This document shows, in pieces, positions 37,443 to 50,700 of a stretch of DNA of 64,000 nt. Source of the DNA: Paraspadella gotoi. Taxonomy: Eukaryota > Animalia > Chaetognatha. The notes beneath the pieces were generated by a model, which did not search any database, was not told where the DNA came from, and was given only the letters and a program-made list of their open reading frames with translations. The stretch spans positions 10,743,042-10,807,041 of the forward strand of contig CM119265.1 in NCBI GenBank assembly GCA_051294375.1. Direction: 5' to 3'. The number at the start of each line of letters is the position of its first letter. Position 1 is the first letter of the stretch. Made by a program: the position numbers and the translations under genes.

Positions 37443-37994
37443 AGTCGGATCTGCTCTATAATTCACTTTGTCGGTCCGCCCCCTCATCCGCCGCCCTCAA
37501 TCTTATCGGGGATTCACTTATATCATATCAGAACCTCGAATTATGATAAATTATACCAAAAAAATAATGTCGGTTTGTCTGTCTGTCCGTACGCCCCACC
37601 TTAGCAAAAAACACCAATTACTCGCGATGGATGGATGGATTTGAATTAAATTTTGTATGTGGGTAGGAAAATGTGTGATTAAGCTGGAAATCAAGTTTCT
37701 ATGGAATCGTTTGAGTGGACATGAGTTTAAATGTAAAAATACAAAAAACCTGTTTTACTAATTGATTATGCTTCTTTTTCTTTTTATATTAAATGCAAAT
37801 GCAAGATGTATTAATTAATCAAATAATTAATCAGTTAATTAATCAATTTGTCAATTAATTAATCAATCAAAGCAAACATTTCAGATCAAATTAATCAATT
37901 GCTTAATAAATTAATTAATTCACTTGAATTAATTAATTATTAATTAATTACCGATAATGATCGTGGGCAGATCCGACATTGTTTGCTCAAACTT
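37443..37994 (+). mobile_element. HINE/DINE-1-like element (short variant); another 3' end at 36895-36925
   Basis: AGTCGGATCTGC start, GGCAGATCCGACATTGTTTGCTCAAACTT end, (AATT)-rich tract. Confidence 0.75.
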
Positions 37995-38437
37995 ATTTAA
38001 GAGATATGGTGTTCACACATTACAGAATAAACCAATCTTCTTTTTAGTTTGAATTCTGACGGCATTTATGTATTTAACTGTATCTTGAGAGCTTTAAGAG
38101 ATTTTGCATTAATTTCTATACATAACATTCACGGAGTTATGACCTAGGATGAGAAACAATAAAAAATCAATAATGAATTTTTTATAACTGCATAGTTTAT
38201 TCTACGAGACTGTACATCGCGTCATACCCCGTTTTATGCGTGATGAAAATATTTATTTTTAAAAAAGCAAAGACGAATTCAAACCAACAGAAAAATATCG
38301 TTTCTTGACCGACGGGCGTTTCTTTTGTTTTTTCCATTCCCAAATAACGCTAGGCAGTTTTTAGTTGGGTCCCGAATTCCCGTAAGCGAAACGGACAAAA
38401 GGCAAACGATTTCATCTACGGATATATCCGATCAGTC

Positions 38438-39888
38438 TTAGGACGAGTCGCTGTCATCCTGCTCAATCGAGTATTGCGTCGACAGTCGTCCGTCGTGTTT
38501 GAGGTGGAGAAAAGAGGCCATCCATTGAAAGTAGGAGGATTCGTCCGGAAACATGATGCTGTGCCCGATGTAAGGCCTATCCTTTCCCGTGTCGTGGACA
38601 ATGGGATGTTCGCTGAAAAGTTTGTGGTTTCGTATAGAAATTATTGTTTACGTATATTAAGTTTTTAAAACCCTACGCATTTATTCGGGCGACCTGTCGA
38701 TGACGGTGAGCGCAAGGGGCTTCCCAGGCATCTTCGATCCTTTCGCGAGTCGCCGCCTCTTTTCGACCCCGAAATAAACGTTCATTCCTCGCAGTGACCA
38801 AGAATCTGACCCAGGAGCAAAGAAAGTTAAAAAAGCTTGGCTAATGCCGACTGCCTCTGGTCTTGGTAAAATTCTGTTTAAATATCTAATCTAGAGAAAA
38901 TGAAACAAGTTTAGGCTTATTTACATTCGGCAACCATCCAAAGATGTGATCGAGCATTCACGTTTCTTTCATTATCATTATTATGATTATATAACTCACG
39001 TCTCTCTTTTCCTTTTGAGAACAAAATGAGCGATCGTCCTCGAATTTGCACCGTGTACTTTTTCCATTTGTCCTTCCGACACACGTCCACATCCAACGTC
39101 ATCCCGAAGGTATTTGACGGAGTCAAAAGGGAAAGACGACGCAGCTCCTGTTGGTGAGCAACAAAAGTAATTGACAATCGTAAATCATAATACATTGTAC
39201 ATTATACAATGTACATATTGTTATGTAGTGTGCCAGGTGACTAAAGAGTGACTGATAGTTGAGGAAAAAACGTTTCCTAAATTTTCGATTAAGAAAGGCA
39301 ACAATTTAAAAATTAAATATAACCTGTTGGACATGATTCATCTTGACCACGAGTTGGAGCTCGTTTTCCCATCCTTCCCATTTACTCCAACCGGTTACAA
39401 TCTCGTAAATGTCCTCTTCGTCGGTCACGAGTCGCTCTAAATCTTGGCCCACGGATTCGAAGATTGCGAAGTCGGCCGCCTTGTCAGAGAGGTCAGCACG
39501 CTCTAATGCCTTTAAGTTCACTTGTCGCCCGGTGATGCCTGGATGAAGTTTAACCTGACCCCAGAATTAAGTTGGGTTTTTTACCGTAAGTTCAGTGATA
39601 CGGCTCCTATCAGTTATGTTGCTTTTCAAAACAAGTTTTTCTAAAACGAATTTTGAGCCCTTAGTTTTGCTGGTCAATAATTTGGTTGTATTTATTGTTT
39701 AATTTTCGAATATTTTACCTTAGATATTATAATCCTTTCCTTTCGTTGTGGTTGAAATTTAGAGAAAAGTTTGAAGTGGATTCAACAACGATTTATTTGA
39801 AATAATAATAACAGACATGTTTCGGCTCTTGTTCAAGCCTTCATCAGCGTTTGAATAGATTAGAAATTCTTTGTGCAAGAGAGAGAGA

Positions 39889-39921
<33 letters not shown>

Positions 39922-42900
39922 GAGAGAGAGGGGGCAAAGTTTTCAACACAGAGTTGAGTAAAGGATAGTGGTCAGTTTGAGGACAGGCTAAGGTGATGAC
40001 AGACAGAGTGAGTTGGGTGAAAGAAATTGGAAATGGTGAGAGAGAGAGAGAGAGAGACATTAAGAAAAATAATACATTTTTGTAATGTACTACAAAGATA
40101 AAAATTATAAACTAATGTGACAATAAATAATGTTAACAATTAACTACTTTAAATTAGTGAAAGTGAAAAGGAAAATTTGAGTGTGAAATTGAAAAAAAAA
40201 ACCAATAAATCGTTGTTGAATCCATTTCAAACTTTTCTCTAAATATTTTACCTGAAAAAGATTTCTTTCTTTGCCGCCTTGATCCTGCAGCTTTTCGACC
40301 GAGACAGAGAAGTTCACTTGTTCTGTTTTTACCGCTTGCGGCGAGACAGGAGGCGTTTCCATGCGTCTGGGTATGACGAAGTTAAATTTAAACTTTGCGT
40401 CGCACGTGACCAAGAAAACTAGAGATTAAATACAAACGAACGTTTGAAGTTCAATGATCCCTTCAAATTCGCGTTTTTCTTTTTCCGCATTTTCGCCAGA
40501 AACGTCGAAGAGAAAGTCGCGATGCGTCGTTAAATATTTGACGGAAGCGATTTTCGCGTTAAAGTCCCGAGAACTGGTTCCCATCAACGCGTTGGCAAAG
40601 ATGATGCTCAGATTTAGTAGATCCTTTTATTTGTGCACCGTTGATAAAATAGAAAGTTAATGAATAAAAATTTAAATGTGATTTAATCCCAACATTTAAA
40701 TTCTAATGCTAACAAAATTTAACAGTAAAACTAAAAGTTAAATCTCACCACTTTATTAAATTCACTTTCCGAGGAGATGCGCCGAAAGTGCAGCAACAGC
40801 GCCTTCAGCGTCGCCAGACGAACAGGCGACAGAAGCCGCAGCAGCTTTTTGACTCTAAGGTGCGATTCATCTGCCTTCAATTCCTGCTCCATTAAAGCGC
40901 AGATTTCGTCGCGAAATGAGGGAGGCAAGAGACGCTCGCGTAATTTTTGCAAGAATCTTAAAATGGATAACGAAAGACGTTATAAAGTAATAAACATTAT
41001 AAAGTAAAAGTGATAAACACTCTGCATTCAACATACCCCAGTAACACTTTGGCGACAACGTACGCCGAACTCGAAGAAAGTTCGACTGCGGTGGCGTCGT
41101 CACGGAACTGCTGCAGTAGCGACGAAACGTGGTCCTTGTCTGTTGAATCGCGTTTGTAGATTCCGGGACTTCTCCGGCCGTAAATGAGCACGTAATTCAT
41201 GCATTCTTTAACGATAACCGGAACGTTATCCTTAAAAAATAATTCATCGTTAAAAGCAACTTTGAAACTTGCTGTGCTATTATAGAAAAACTTTATCTTG
41301 GACGATTGCTTTTTGTATGACGGACGCACCCTCGTCAACAGCTGCTCCTCGATTCCCTCGCCCGCCCGTCTGGCGTCGTTTATAAAGCCGCACCACTGCT
41401 CCGTCTCCGCCGCGCTCTTCGCTCGCAAAGAAACTTTCCTGCCACGCAAATTAAGACAGAGTTCAGATTCGCCTCGACGCGATCGCTCAACTTTGGCCGC
41501 GCTCGATGTTTTCCTTAGGTTCAGGCGGATTATTCTTTCTTCAAAAACGACGAAAATGAGCAAACTGGATCCCTGAAGAACAAAAAGGTACTCAAAAAGT
41601 GCGATAATTTTCAGTTGGTTAAGAGCCTGGTATTTTTTTAAAGAAGAGAAATGACTTACTTGGAGCACTACCCAAGCATCTCTGGATATCGTTTCTGAAT
41701 CGAAAATAATTTTTTCGAATCTCGTGTAGCCTTGAGGTATAACGAGATGGAACATTTGAGGAGGCAAAAAATTTAACGCCAGACAACATTTCCAGTTTTC
41801 CTAATAAAGAAAGTAAAAATATTTGTAATGTTATAACATGGACTAACATGCGGACGTGGAACAGACCAGTTTCTAAATCAACTCTCAGAGTATCCAATAT
41901 CCATCTTTATTGGTTTTCCCCTAAACCTGAGAGAAACTGTCGAGTTACTATGTTCCTCGGTACGTTTTTTGATAAAAGGATTCTGTCCGCAAAATAAAGT
42001 AAAATGTCTGATCAAGTTAACCTTAATAACCTTATCGTCGTCTTGTTTCGCGGATAGTAAGTGCGTCTGATTCGGGGTCTTAATTTCAAACAGGTTTTTC
42101 CTGTAAAAGTTAAAAAATTTATAGTTTTCATGACTATAGTTTTGGTTATGATTATCATATTTTCATTCGATTCGAAGTTAAAATTATGACACTTAATATC
42201 ATTCTCTTCATCATCTGCATCTTCTGAGCTTCTCTATTAATGAATGTAAAGCGGGATTAAGTAAGATAAATACTTCAATAAAAAAAATTTTGTTTACAGT
42301 CCTGTGCAAAAAATACGCGTCACTTTATTTCAGACTTTCCTACGATAATCAGATGGGATGTCCGATGAATGTGATAAGAAAATTTATAAATAAATTGAGA
42401 GAGAAAAACATAACTATTAACTAATGATAACTAGATCATAACATTATAAATCATAAAAGATTTATAAATTAATCAATCATTTAACCATATTAACAATCAA
42501 TCAATCAATCAGAGAAACTTTTAAAAATTCAAATAAATATGTATTTTGGTTTCCTAATCTCAACTCTTTTTCACTTTTCCATCAAAAATTTTTATCCAGC
42601 TTGATTCCATACTTTCCTACCCACACACAAAATTTCAATTTATCAATACAATTTTTGATAAATAAAATAATTATGAGTAAATATAAGTAACAAAAAGTAA
42701 ATGTCACTTTTGTTTTTTCCATTTAAACTAATTTCCACTCGCACGATTCTTTCGAAACTTTATATCCAGCTCAATCACGCACTTTCCTACTAACACACAA
42801 AACTTTATTCCAACCCATCCATCCAATAACGAGTAATTGGATTTAATACTAAGGGGGGATGGACGGACGGACAGATATCATTTTTTTTGCATAATTTATC

Positions 42901-43172
42901 AGCATCCCCCATTGTTGACCCCGGGGGGGGGAGCCCATTTTGAGCTTTTTTTTCTTATTTTTCACTTACTCTTTCACTTACCTATCCCTCAACATCTTTA
43001 TTTCCATTTCATCTAAATTTCACTTCTTTATTCATTTTATATTAATCTGAATTAATTTAAATCTTTAAGATGGTTTATGTCGGTTTACTTATTTATTAAA
43101 TTTATTAGTGTTATACATTATCCAATGTATTTTCTTACCAAATGTTAACCTCTGCTTCTCTGTCTCTCTCTC

Positions 43173-43212
<40 letters not shown>

Positions 43213-46200
43213 ACAAAAAAATGAAAATGTGAATTGTCAAAGCACTGATGAAGGCTTGAATGTAAGCCGAAACTTGTCTGTACCATTAAAAATAAAATCG
43301 TTGATGTAAAAAGACTTCGTCTTTAATCTCAAATAACACAAACACAACGAAAGAAAGATTAATCACAATGCATAATTTATCATAATTTGAGGTTCTAATA
43401 CTAACTGACAAGATTTTTGGTGGGACCAACGGACCGACAAAGTGAATTATAGAGTCGGAATCTGCTGATAAGCAGATCCGACTAAAAAAAATCTTAAAAG
43501 CATAAGGATCGAGCCAGCTTTCGATGGTATCCAAATATTGATGCGATGATAACCAAATATTGATGCGATGATAACCAATAATTGATGCGATGATAACGAA
43601 ATGACTGATGTGATGACAATCAAATGATTTATGCGATGATAGTCATTCATTGATGTGATGATAAACATTCATTGATACGATGATAGTCATTCATTGATGC
43701 GATGATTGTCATTCATCGCGATGACTCATAAATAAAACAAACAAATGCGTGTATGAGTGAGAGAGAGAGAGAGGCTGGACAGTTTTCCCGCCAACGAGAC
43801 GCATTATTAGGTCACTCTCGTTTATATAAAGAATAATCAGAATTTTTAGGAAAAAAATCTACAAAAATCTCGTATGTAAATTTGGGATTTTGTATTGAGA
43901 AAAAAGCGCGGTATAAATGGCGATAATAAAAGTTTTTAAAAGAAAAAAAAAAGAGAGAGAGAGAGAGATAGAGAGAAGCTGGACAGCCGCTGGACCGCCG
44001 CTGCAGAGCTGAACTCGTTTTTTGACGAATCTTAGTAGGGACGAACTCTTTTCCTTTTTATAAAAAAAATATTAAAATATAAATATTTGGGTATAGAGCC
44101 ATATAAGAAATTTTTTGTACATTGAAAGTATACTAAAAAATGCATAAATCTTCGTTTGAGCATATTCCCATACTAAATTTTTGACTCACTCCATTGAGAG
44201 GGGCTACCCCTATTCAGAAGAAAGAGAGAGAGACCTGACAGCCGCTGGACAGCCGCTGCAGAAAGAGAGAGAGAAGCTCAACAGCCCCTTTAATCGTCCA
44301 AATAGTCAAAGTACTTATGCCATAAGTTATAGCGCCAGAGGTAGCACGAGCTCCTCCAAACCCAAAGGATTCGGGTTCGTCCTTTGCTGATTCACACAAG
44401 AAAAACGAAAAATAAAATAAAAGGAGAACGGATGGTGAACTCCTCTCGGCATCGTCTTTTACATTGGTGAGTCCACAATATATATATAAATTTTTTTTTT
44501 TTAAAAAGAGAGAGAAAGAGAGAGAGAGAGAAAGTGAGAGTGAAAGAAGCAGGACAGACGCTGCAGAGCCGGAACTCGTTTTTAGACAAATCAGAAGTCA
44601 CTGCGACTGAGAAAAAGAGAGAGAGAGAGTGAGCGACATATAATTAAAAGAAAGAGAGAGAGAAAGCGACATAATAATTAAAAGGTTTTGTTTGTAAATA
44701 AAACATAAACAAATACGAATATTGATATGAAACATGATAATTTTAAAGACGACAATAATGCCGATTGACTTGATTGATCAAATAATTAATCAATTTATTT
44801 GTTTGAATAATTAATTAATAGATAACTAAATAATTGATTGACCGGTTAATTAATTATTTATTAATTAATTGACTAATTGATTAATTAACTGATTAATTAG
44901 TTGATTAATTAATACATTTTGCATTAACATTTAATATAAAAAAAGAAGCATAATCAATTACTGAAACAGGTTTTTGGTTTTTTCCATTTAAACTCATTTC
45001 CACTTGCACGATTCCATCGAAACTTCATATATCCAGTTTTCTTGCTAAGGTGGGACGGACGGACAGACTGACAGACGGCTCTATAATTCACTTTGTTGGT
45101 CCATCGGTCCGCCCCCCAATCTTGTCGGGCATGTACTTAATATCATGTCAGAACATCGAATTATAATAACTTATGCCAAAAAAATGTATGTCCGTCCATC
45201 TGTCCGTCACACTTTAGCAAAAAACACCAATTACTCGTGATTTGATGGATGGATTGGAATGAAATTTTTGTATAGGAAAGTGTTTGATTGAGCTGAAAAT
45301 CCAGTTTCGATGGAAACAAGTTAAAATGGAAAAAAAATATATATTTCACTATTTGAACGCCAATTACTGATGAGTGAATGAGGTGATTGACTTCAAATTT
45401 TGTATGTGGGTAGGAAAGTGTGTGATTGAGCAGGAAATCAAGTTTTGATGGAATCATCCAAGTAGAAATAAGTTAAAATAGAAAAACAAACAATCTATTT
45501 CTCTATTTGAATATGCTTTTTTTATTTTTATATTAAATGTAAATTCAAGCTACATTAATGATTATTAAATAAATAAGTAATTAATTAATTATTAACTATT
45601 TGTAATTAATTAATTAATTAATTTTGTGATGAAGATTGTTGTTTTATGATTGAGAGGGCGAGACAAAGTGGAAAACGATTTTGACATGCTTACCGCTAAG
45701 GATCGTTGGCAGATCCGGCATGGTTTGCTCAAACTTGTTTTTGCATAATTTATCATAATTCGATGTTTTGCATGAATATAAGTGAAAATTGAGGGGGCGG
45801 ACCGACGGACCGACAAAGTGAATTATAGAGTCGGGATCTGCTATTAAGCAGATCCGACTAAAAATAATACTAGACATCCGGAGTGATAGCTGGATAACTT
45901 GATTGTCCAAGATATAAAAATAAAATGATCCAATACTGTGGCTAAATTATCTGATGTAGCGACTTCAGATTTTGCACTCTGGTAAAAAAATCGCTGACGT
46001 TTTTTATTTTCCAACTCCCAGTAGTCCAGCTTACTTACTTTTTTAGTTATGTGCTCATCAATGGCATTATCCAATTTCAAAAAAAAATATTTGCATTTGA
46101 ATAGGACCTTCCAATTATAAGATATATTTTTATAAAAAAAATGAAATGTTTCAAAATTTTGGTTCATCTTAATGATCCTACAGATATAGACATTGCAATA

Positions 46201-47708
46201 GCAATCAGAAAGTCAAAAGCTTTTTCACAACCACAATGACAGCCTTTTTCATTTTATAGTCTTTCTAGCTTGAAAAAAGTTTAAATTACCATCTATGAAA
46301 AAACTATATCACATTTTTAGTTGAGAATATCTACTCGAAAAGTTGTTCAATTTTTAAAAAATCAGAATGTTTTAGAATTTATTAATATAAATTTCCTTTC
46401 AAAAGGTTCCTTTAATTTTTCAAACGTCAAATCGTTTAAAAGTTAGAGGCAAAAAATTATTGCTAACTCACGTAAAAAATAGCCAAAAAAATTATATTTA
46501 GTTTTTTACTATTTTTGTTATTAAATTATTTATTTTTAGTTTAAATTAAGTTAGTTATTTTTAGTTTTTTTAAATTTGGGAATGCCAAAGGCAGCCCACC
46601 TTTTTTTAGTTCATAAAGTTGCTATTGGAGCTCGCCAAAAAGAAGGAAAGATGCATAATATCAGTGGCGGGGCTGAAAAAAATCATGTTAAAGGTGTGGA
46701 AAAACATTTATCCATCATACCTCAATTCGCTGTTCGAGAGCATGCTCAGATGAATGCAGGCAATAGTCAATGCTAAAGGAAGGTATACCAAATATTGAGA
46801 ATGTTTTACCAATATTTTATATATTTTTTATTGAACAAAGGAACTTTCCAACAATCATGTGATATACTTTTTTCATAAATAGTAGATTCAACAATGATTT
46901 ATTTTTCAGATTGTGTACATGTTTTGACTTTAATTTCAAGTCTTCATCAGCACTTGTGATTCAATAAGCCAATTTCATATTACAGGAAATGTGTCTGTGA
47001 GAGAGAGAGGGAAAGCGAAAAAGGTTATCAACAAAGATTTTAAGAAAGGGACAGTGGTTAAAGTTGATGACAGGGTAAGTTTAGACTAGAGAGAGAGAGA
47101 GAGAGACATGTATAAGTTTTAAATCACTACCCTGTATAATTTTAAAAAATGTCTTTATAGAGCGTCAGGAATTTAAAGTTATCAAGTGGCGCGTTTTTTT
47201 TGCACAGGACTGTATAATGTATACACTATACAGTATACTATACAGTATACAGTGTATATCGTCTGACTTACCCGCGTTGCCCGGCCTCAGAGACAAGAGT
47301 GACTTCCCCCAAAGTCATCCGCGGTATCGAGTCGCCGTCTTCATCGAACCACTGAAAGACTCCGTCTGCGAGAACGCAAAATCGCCTCACATCTCGCGAA
47401 GGCCCAAATTTGAGGAAACCTTTTAAGGTGGACCGGTCGAAGTAGCAAGGAATTTGTGGATCCGCCAAGTTTGGCTCACCGACCAGTTCTGTAAATTAGA
47501 ATTTCAATTTCAAGTTCTCTAAGTAGTAATTGACTTGTTTTGTTATCATTAATTTACGAGGATTATTTTTCAATTTCGGTCATTTCACCTAAATGAGCTC
47601 AAGTTCCAGTCGTTACGTTGATCTCATTTCATTATTCACACATGCTTTTTTTTATTCTTTCATAATTTATTTATTATTTAATTCTTTCTCTTACTTTCTT
47701 TCTTTCTC

Positions 47709-47756
<48 letters not shown>

Positions 47757-50700
47757 TTTTTAAAGTTTTTTAGTTAATATTTTTTATTATTTTTGTTTTG
47801 TTTACCGTCGTCGTCCAATTTCGTATTTTTTAGGCGAAATCCGTCTACCGCAAACGCCAACAGAGCAGCTTGGAGATATTGTTCTGAACTAGTATGTAGA
47901 GGTTGTAAATTTATATAAATTTAAATCAAACTATTTTTTTTTTTCGTTATTACTTTTTAACGAGATCAATTGCAGATAAACCATGAATCTTTGCCGAAGG
48001 ATCCGCGCCCGAAGCCAGGAGTCGTACCGTCTCCTCGACATCCGGGGTCTATTTGACGGGGAAATAGCGTTTCGAGGGTATGGAAAGCGACTAAAATAAA
48101 AGGACCAAAAACCTGCACGATTTCGGCAAGTGCTTCGTTTAACTCTCGCCCATTTTCTCGCGCTGGATGAAGCTTGCAGAAAAGTCTCTCCTTGTACTTG
48201 AGAAGAATAAAGTTGAATCGATCCCTGGTTGAGGATTCTGACGTTATCTTTGAACCCGTCATCCGCGCTTCCCAAAATCGGTTAGAGCGTTCGTTTCCTA
48301 TTATCCAAACATATTTTGAAAAGCGTCGAGGGGATTCTCTCAGCCGAAATGAAGCGAGACCGCGCCACTGAGGGTCATAAGCGCCTAACGCCAACTTAAC
48401 CCTGCTGGACAACCCGCCCGACGCTTTAGCTTTGAGTTTTACTTACCTTATAGGTATAAGTATTACCTATGGCCAGGTGGAGCTTAATGACGTCATCGCT
48501 CCAGACATTGTCAAGTAGGATCGACTTGACCTTCGAGTATGAGACTCCTAGTTTCCTGTGATCGCTGGAACAGTCCATGCAGACGACGATGCCCCAGTTG
48601 ACAACGGTCCATTCGGGGTTGGGTCGTCTGCAGTCGGCGCAGAAAAGGTTTGAAGGATTTTCACGGATAAGAGACAAGATTCTGGACGAGAGGCTGAATC
48701 GGTGAGATGAAAGGGTAAAATAATTATCACGCTCCACGCTCTCTTTACCGTCTAGCCTCTTATGATTGACTCACTCTTTAGAGGACAATCCTTTGACGAT
48801 AGCCTCTTCCATCTGCAAACTCCACTTCTCCGCTTCCTCAGGAGTTTCTGCTTCGAAGCTTAACTTAACTTTTGGTCCGATAAAAAGATTGAATAGGCGC
48901 TCCTTATTTTCGTGCAGCTAATAACGGATAAATGAATGCTCTCGTCTCTCTCGGTTAAATCAAATTAAATTGCCATCGCTTTATTTTCCTATTCTCTTAA
49001 TTTATTTTGTTACCTTGACGTTTCCTAGTTTCATTTCGAGTTGAAACAGAGGTAGGTCGACTTTAAAATCCTTCTCTTCTCTGTAGACACAAACTTCATC
49101 GCCTTTGACGGCGACGAACCTCCTTCCCAACAATTCCTTCGAATTCTCTACCGGTTCGATCGAAGAGAGTTGAAGATATCCTGTAAAAAAGAAAGACACG
49201 ATTTGTTCGTTTATAATTTATATGAAATTGATACAACCAATATGAATATAATACTCACCTGCTCTGTCTGGATCGTGCATTTCACCACCTAATGGATATT
49301 CTTCCTTGAAAAATGCCTGCGAGTCAGAATCAATTTTTTTTAAGGGCTATTGTTTAGCAAAATGGTCAAACACACTTTCAATGCACTGTCTCCAAGAAAA
49401 CTGCACAGACAAAATTGCCTAATAATTACTGCTAAGGCGCCTACGATGACTTTGCAACTGAATCTAAAAAACAATTTTTACCATAATCACCTCCTGAATG
49501 CTGGCAAAGCTTGAACTCCACTGGTGAATCTCTTCAAGAGATTCTGCAGTGAAAACGAAGTCTCGTCCTCGTGTTTTGACGATGATGTTGTAGGAGCCTG
49601 AACTACTGTCATGAACTACCTCGGTGATGGCACGGCCCCGTATCAAACCCCTAAAAAAATGTTTTCAAACTGAAAATTTTTGATCTTGACATAATTTTTT
49701 CTCTTAATAGTGCTATTTGGCTTGCGGACTGCGGGACAGTGGATCAGAGATGTTAACAAGAGGGCACAGGCTGAATGAGACAGCTGGGCACTAGCTGAGA
49801 GAGATATTTCAGTATACGTCGGTTTCTCATTCGACCACTAAACTGATGCAAATTGCTATTTAGATCTCCTAAAAAATTAAAATGTATGACTTGTATAACT
49901 TCTCACCTAGAAATAAGATCGTCCTTTCCGGAAAAGTAAGTAATGGTTCCTCCTGAATCTTCGCTGTGAGGTGAGTCTACACGAACCCAACGCCTTTTCG
50001 CTTTACCTGAGAACAAATATATCCTTAACGGAAGGTAGAGGACGTAATCTTCTTTTCCGATGATAAAATAGTTAAACATGTATTTTGAACTTTGTTTTTA
50101 TTGTGTTTTAACTTTGTTTTCGTTGTGTTACATAATTAATGCGAACATTTTTTCGTATTTCTAATCGTTTAGAAGTTACAGGCAAAAAAGATCACTACTT
50201 CAAATAAAAAATGATGAAAAAAAATTATATTTAATTTTTTACTATTATTTGTATTTAGTTATTTACTTTTATTTCGAAAGGAATTAGTTATTTTTTGTTA
50301 ATTTGGCAATGCTAAAGGTATTGCACTTTTTTTTGTTCAAAAAATGTTATTATTGCTCTCAGAAAAGAGGCAAAGACGCACAACATCAATATCGTGGCTG
50401 AAAAGAATAGCATTAAAGGTGTGGAAAACATTTTACTGTCACACCTCAATTTGCTGTAAGAAAGCATGCCCAGACAAATGAAAGCAGTAGTCGATGCAGA
50501 GGGAAGGCATACCAAATATTGAAAATGTTTTACCCATTTTTAAAAATATTTTTCATTGAATAAATGATGTGATATACTTTTTTCCTAGATAGTAATATCC
50601 TTATAAATTTCAAATTAATTTTTTATAAATTTTAATAACAGATTCGGATTCGTCAGAAAAAAATAAGAAACTTTTATAAAATATGATATATGATATTTTA

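Larger units (their letters stand above)
42297..47212 (-). mobile_element. Old Tc1/mariner DNA transposon with nested insertions, filling an ARAP-B intron
   Basis: TIRs CAGTCCTGTGCAAAAAA(T/A)ACGCG(T/C)CACTT at both ends, each flanked by TA. Weak transposase remnants (DEPKF, LDNA..H..KKV) at ~46050-46170. Confidence 0.75.

Noticed and set aside
49730-49870. Intronic snoRNA candidate
   Set aside because: No convincing C/D box pair with a terminal stem, and no H/ACA layout on the sense strand.
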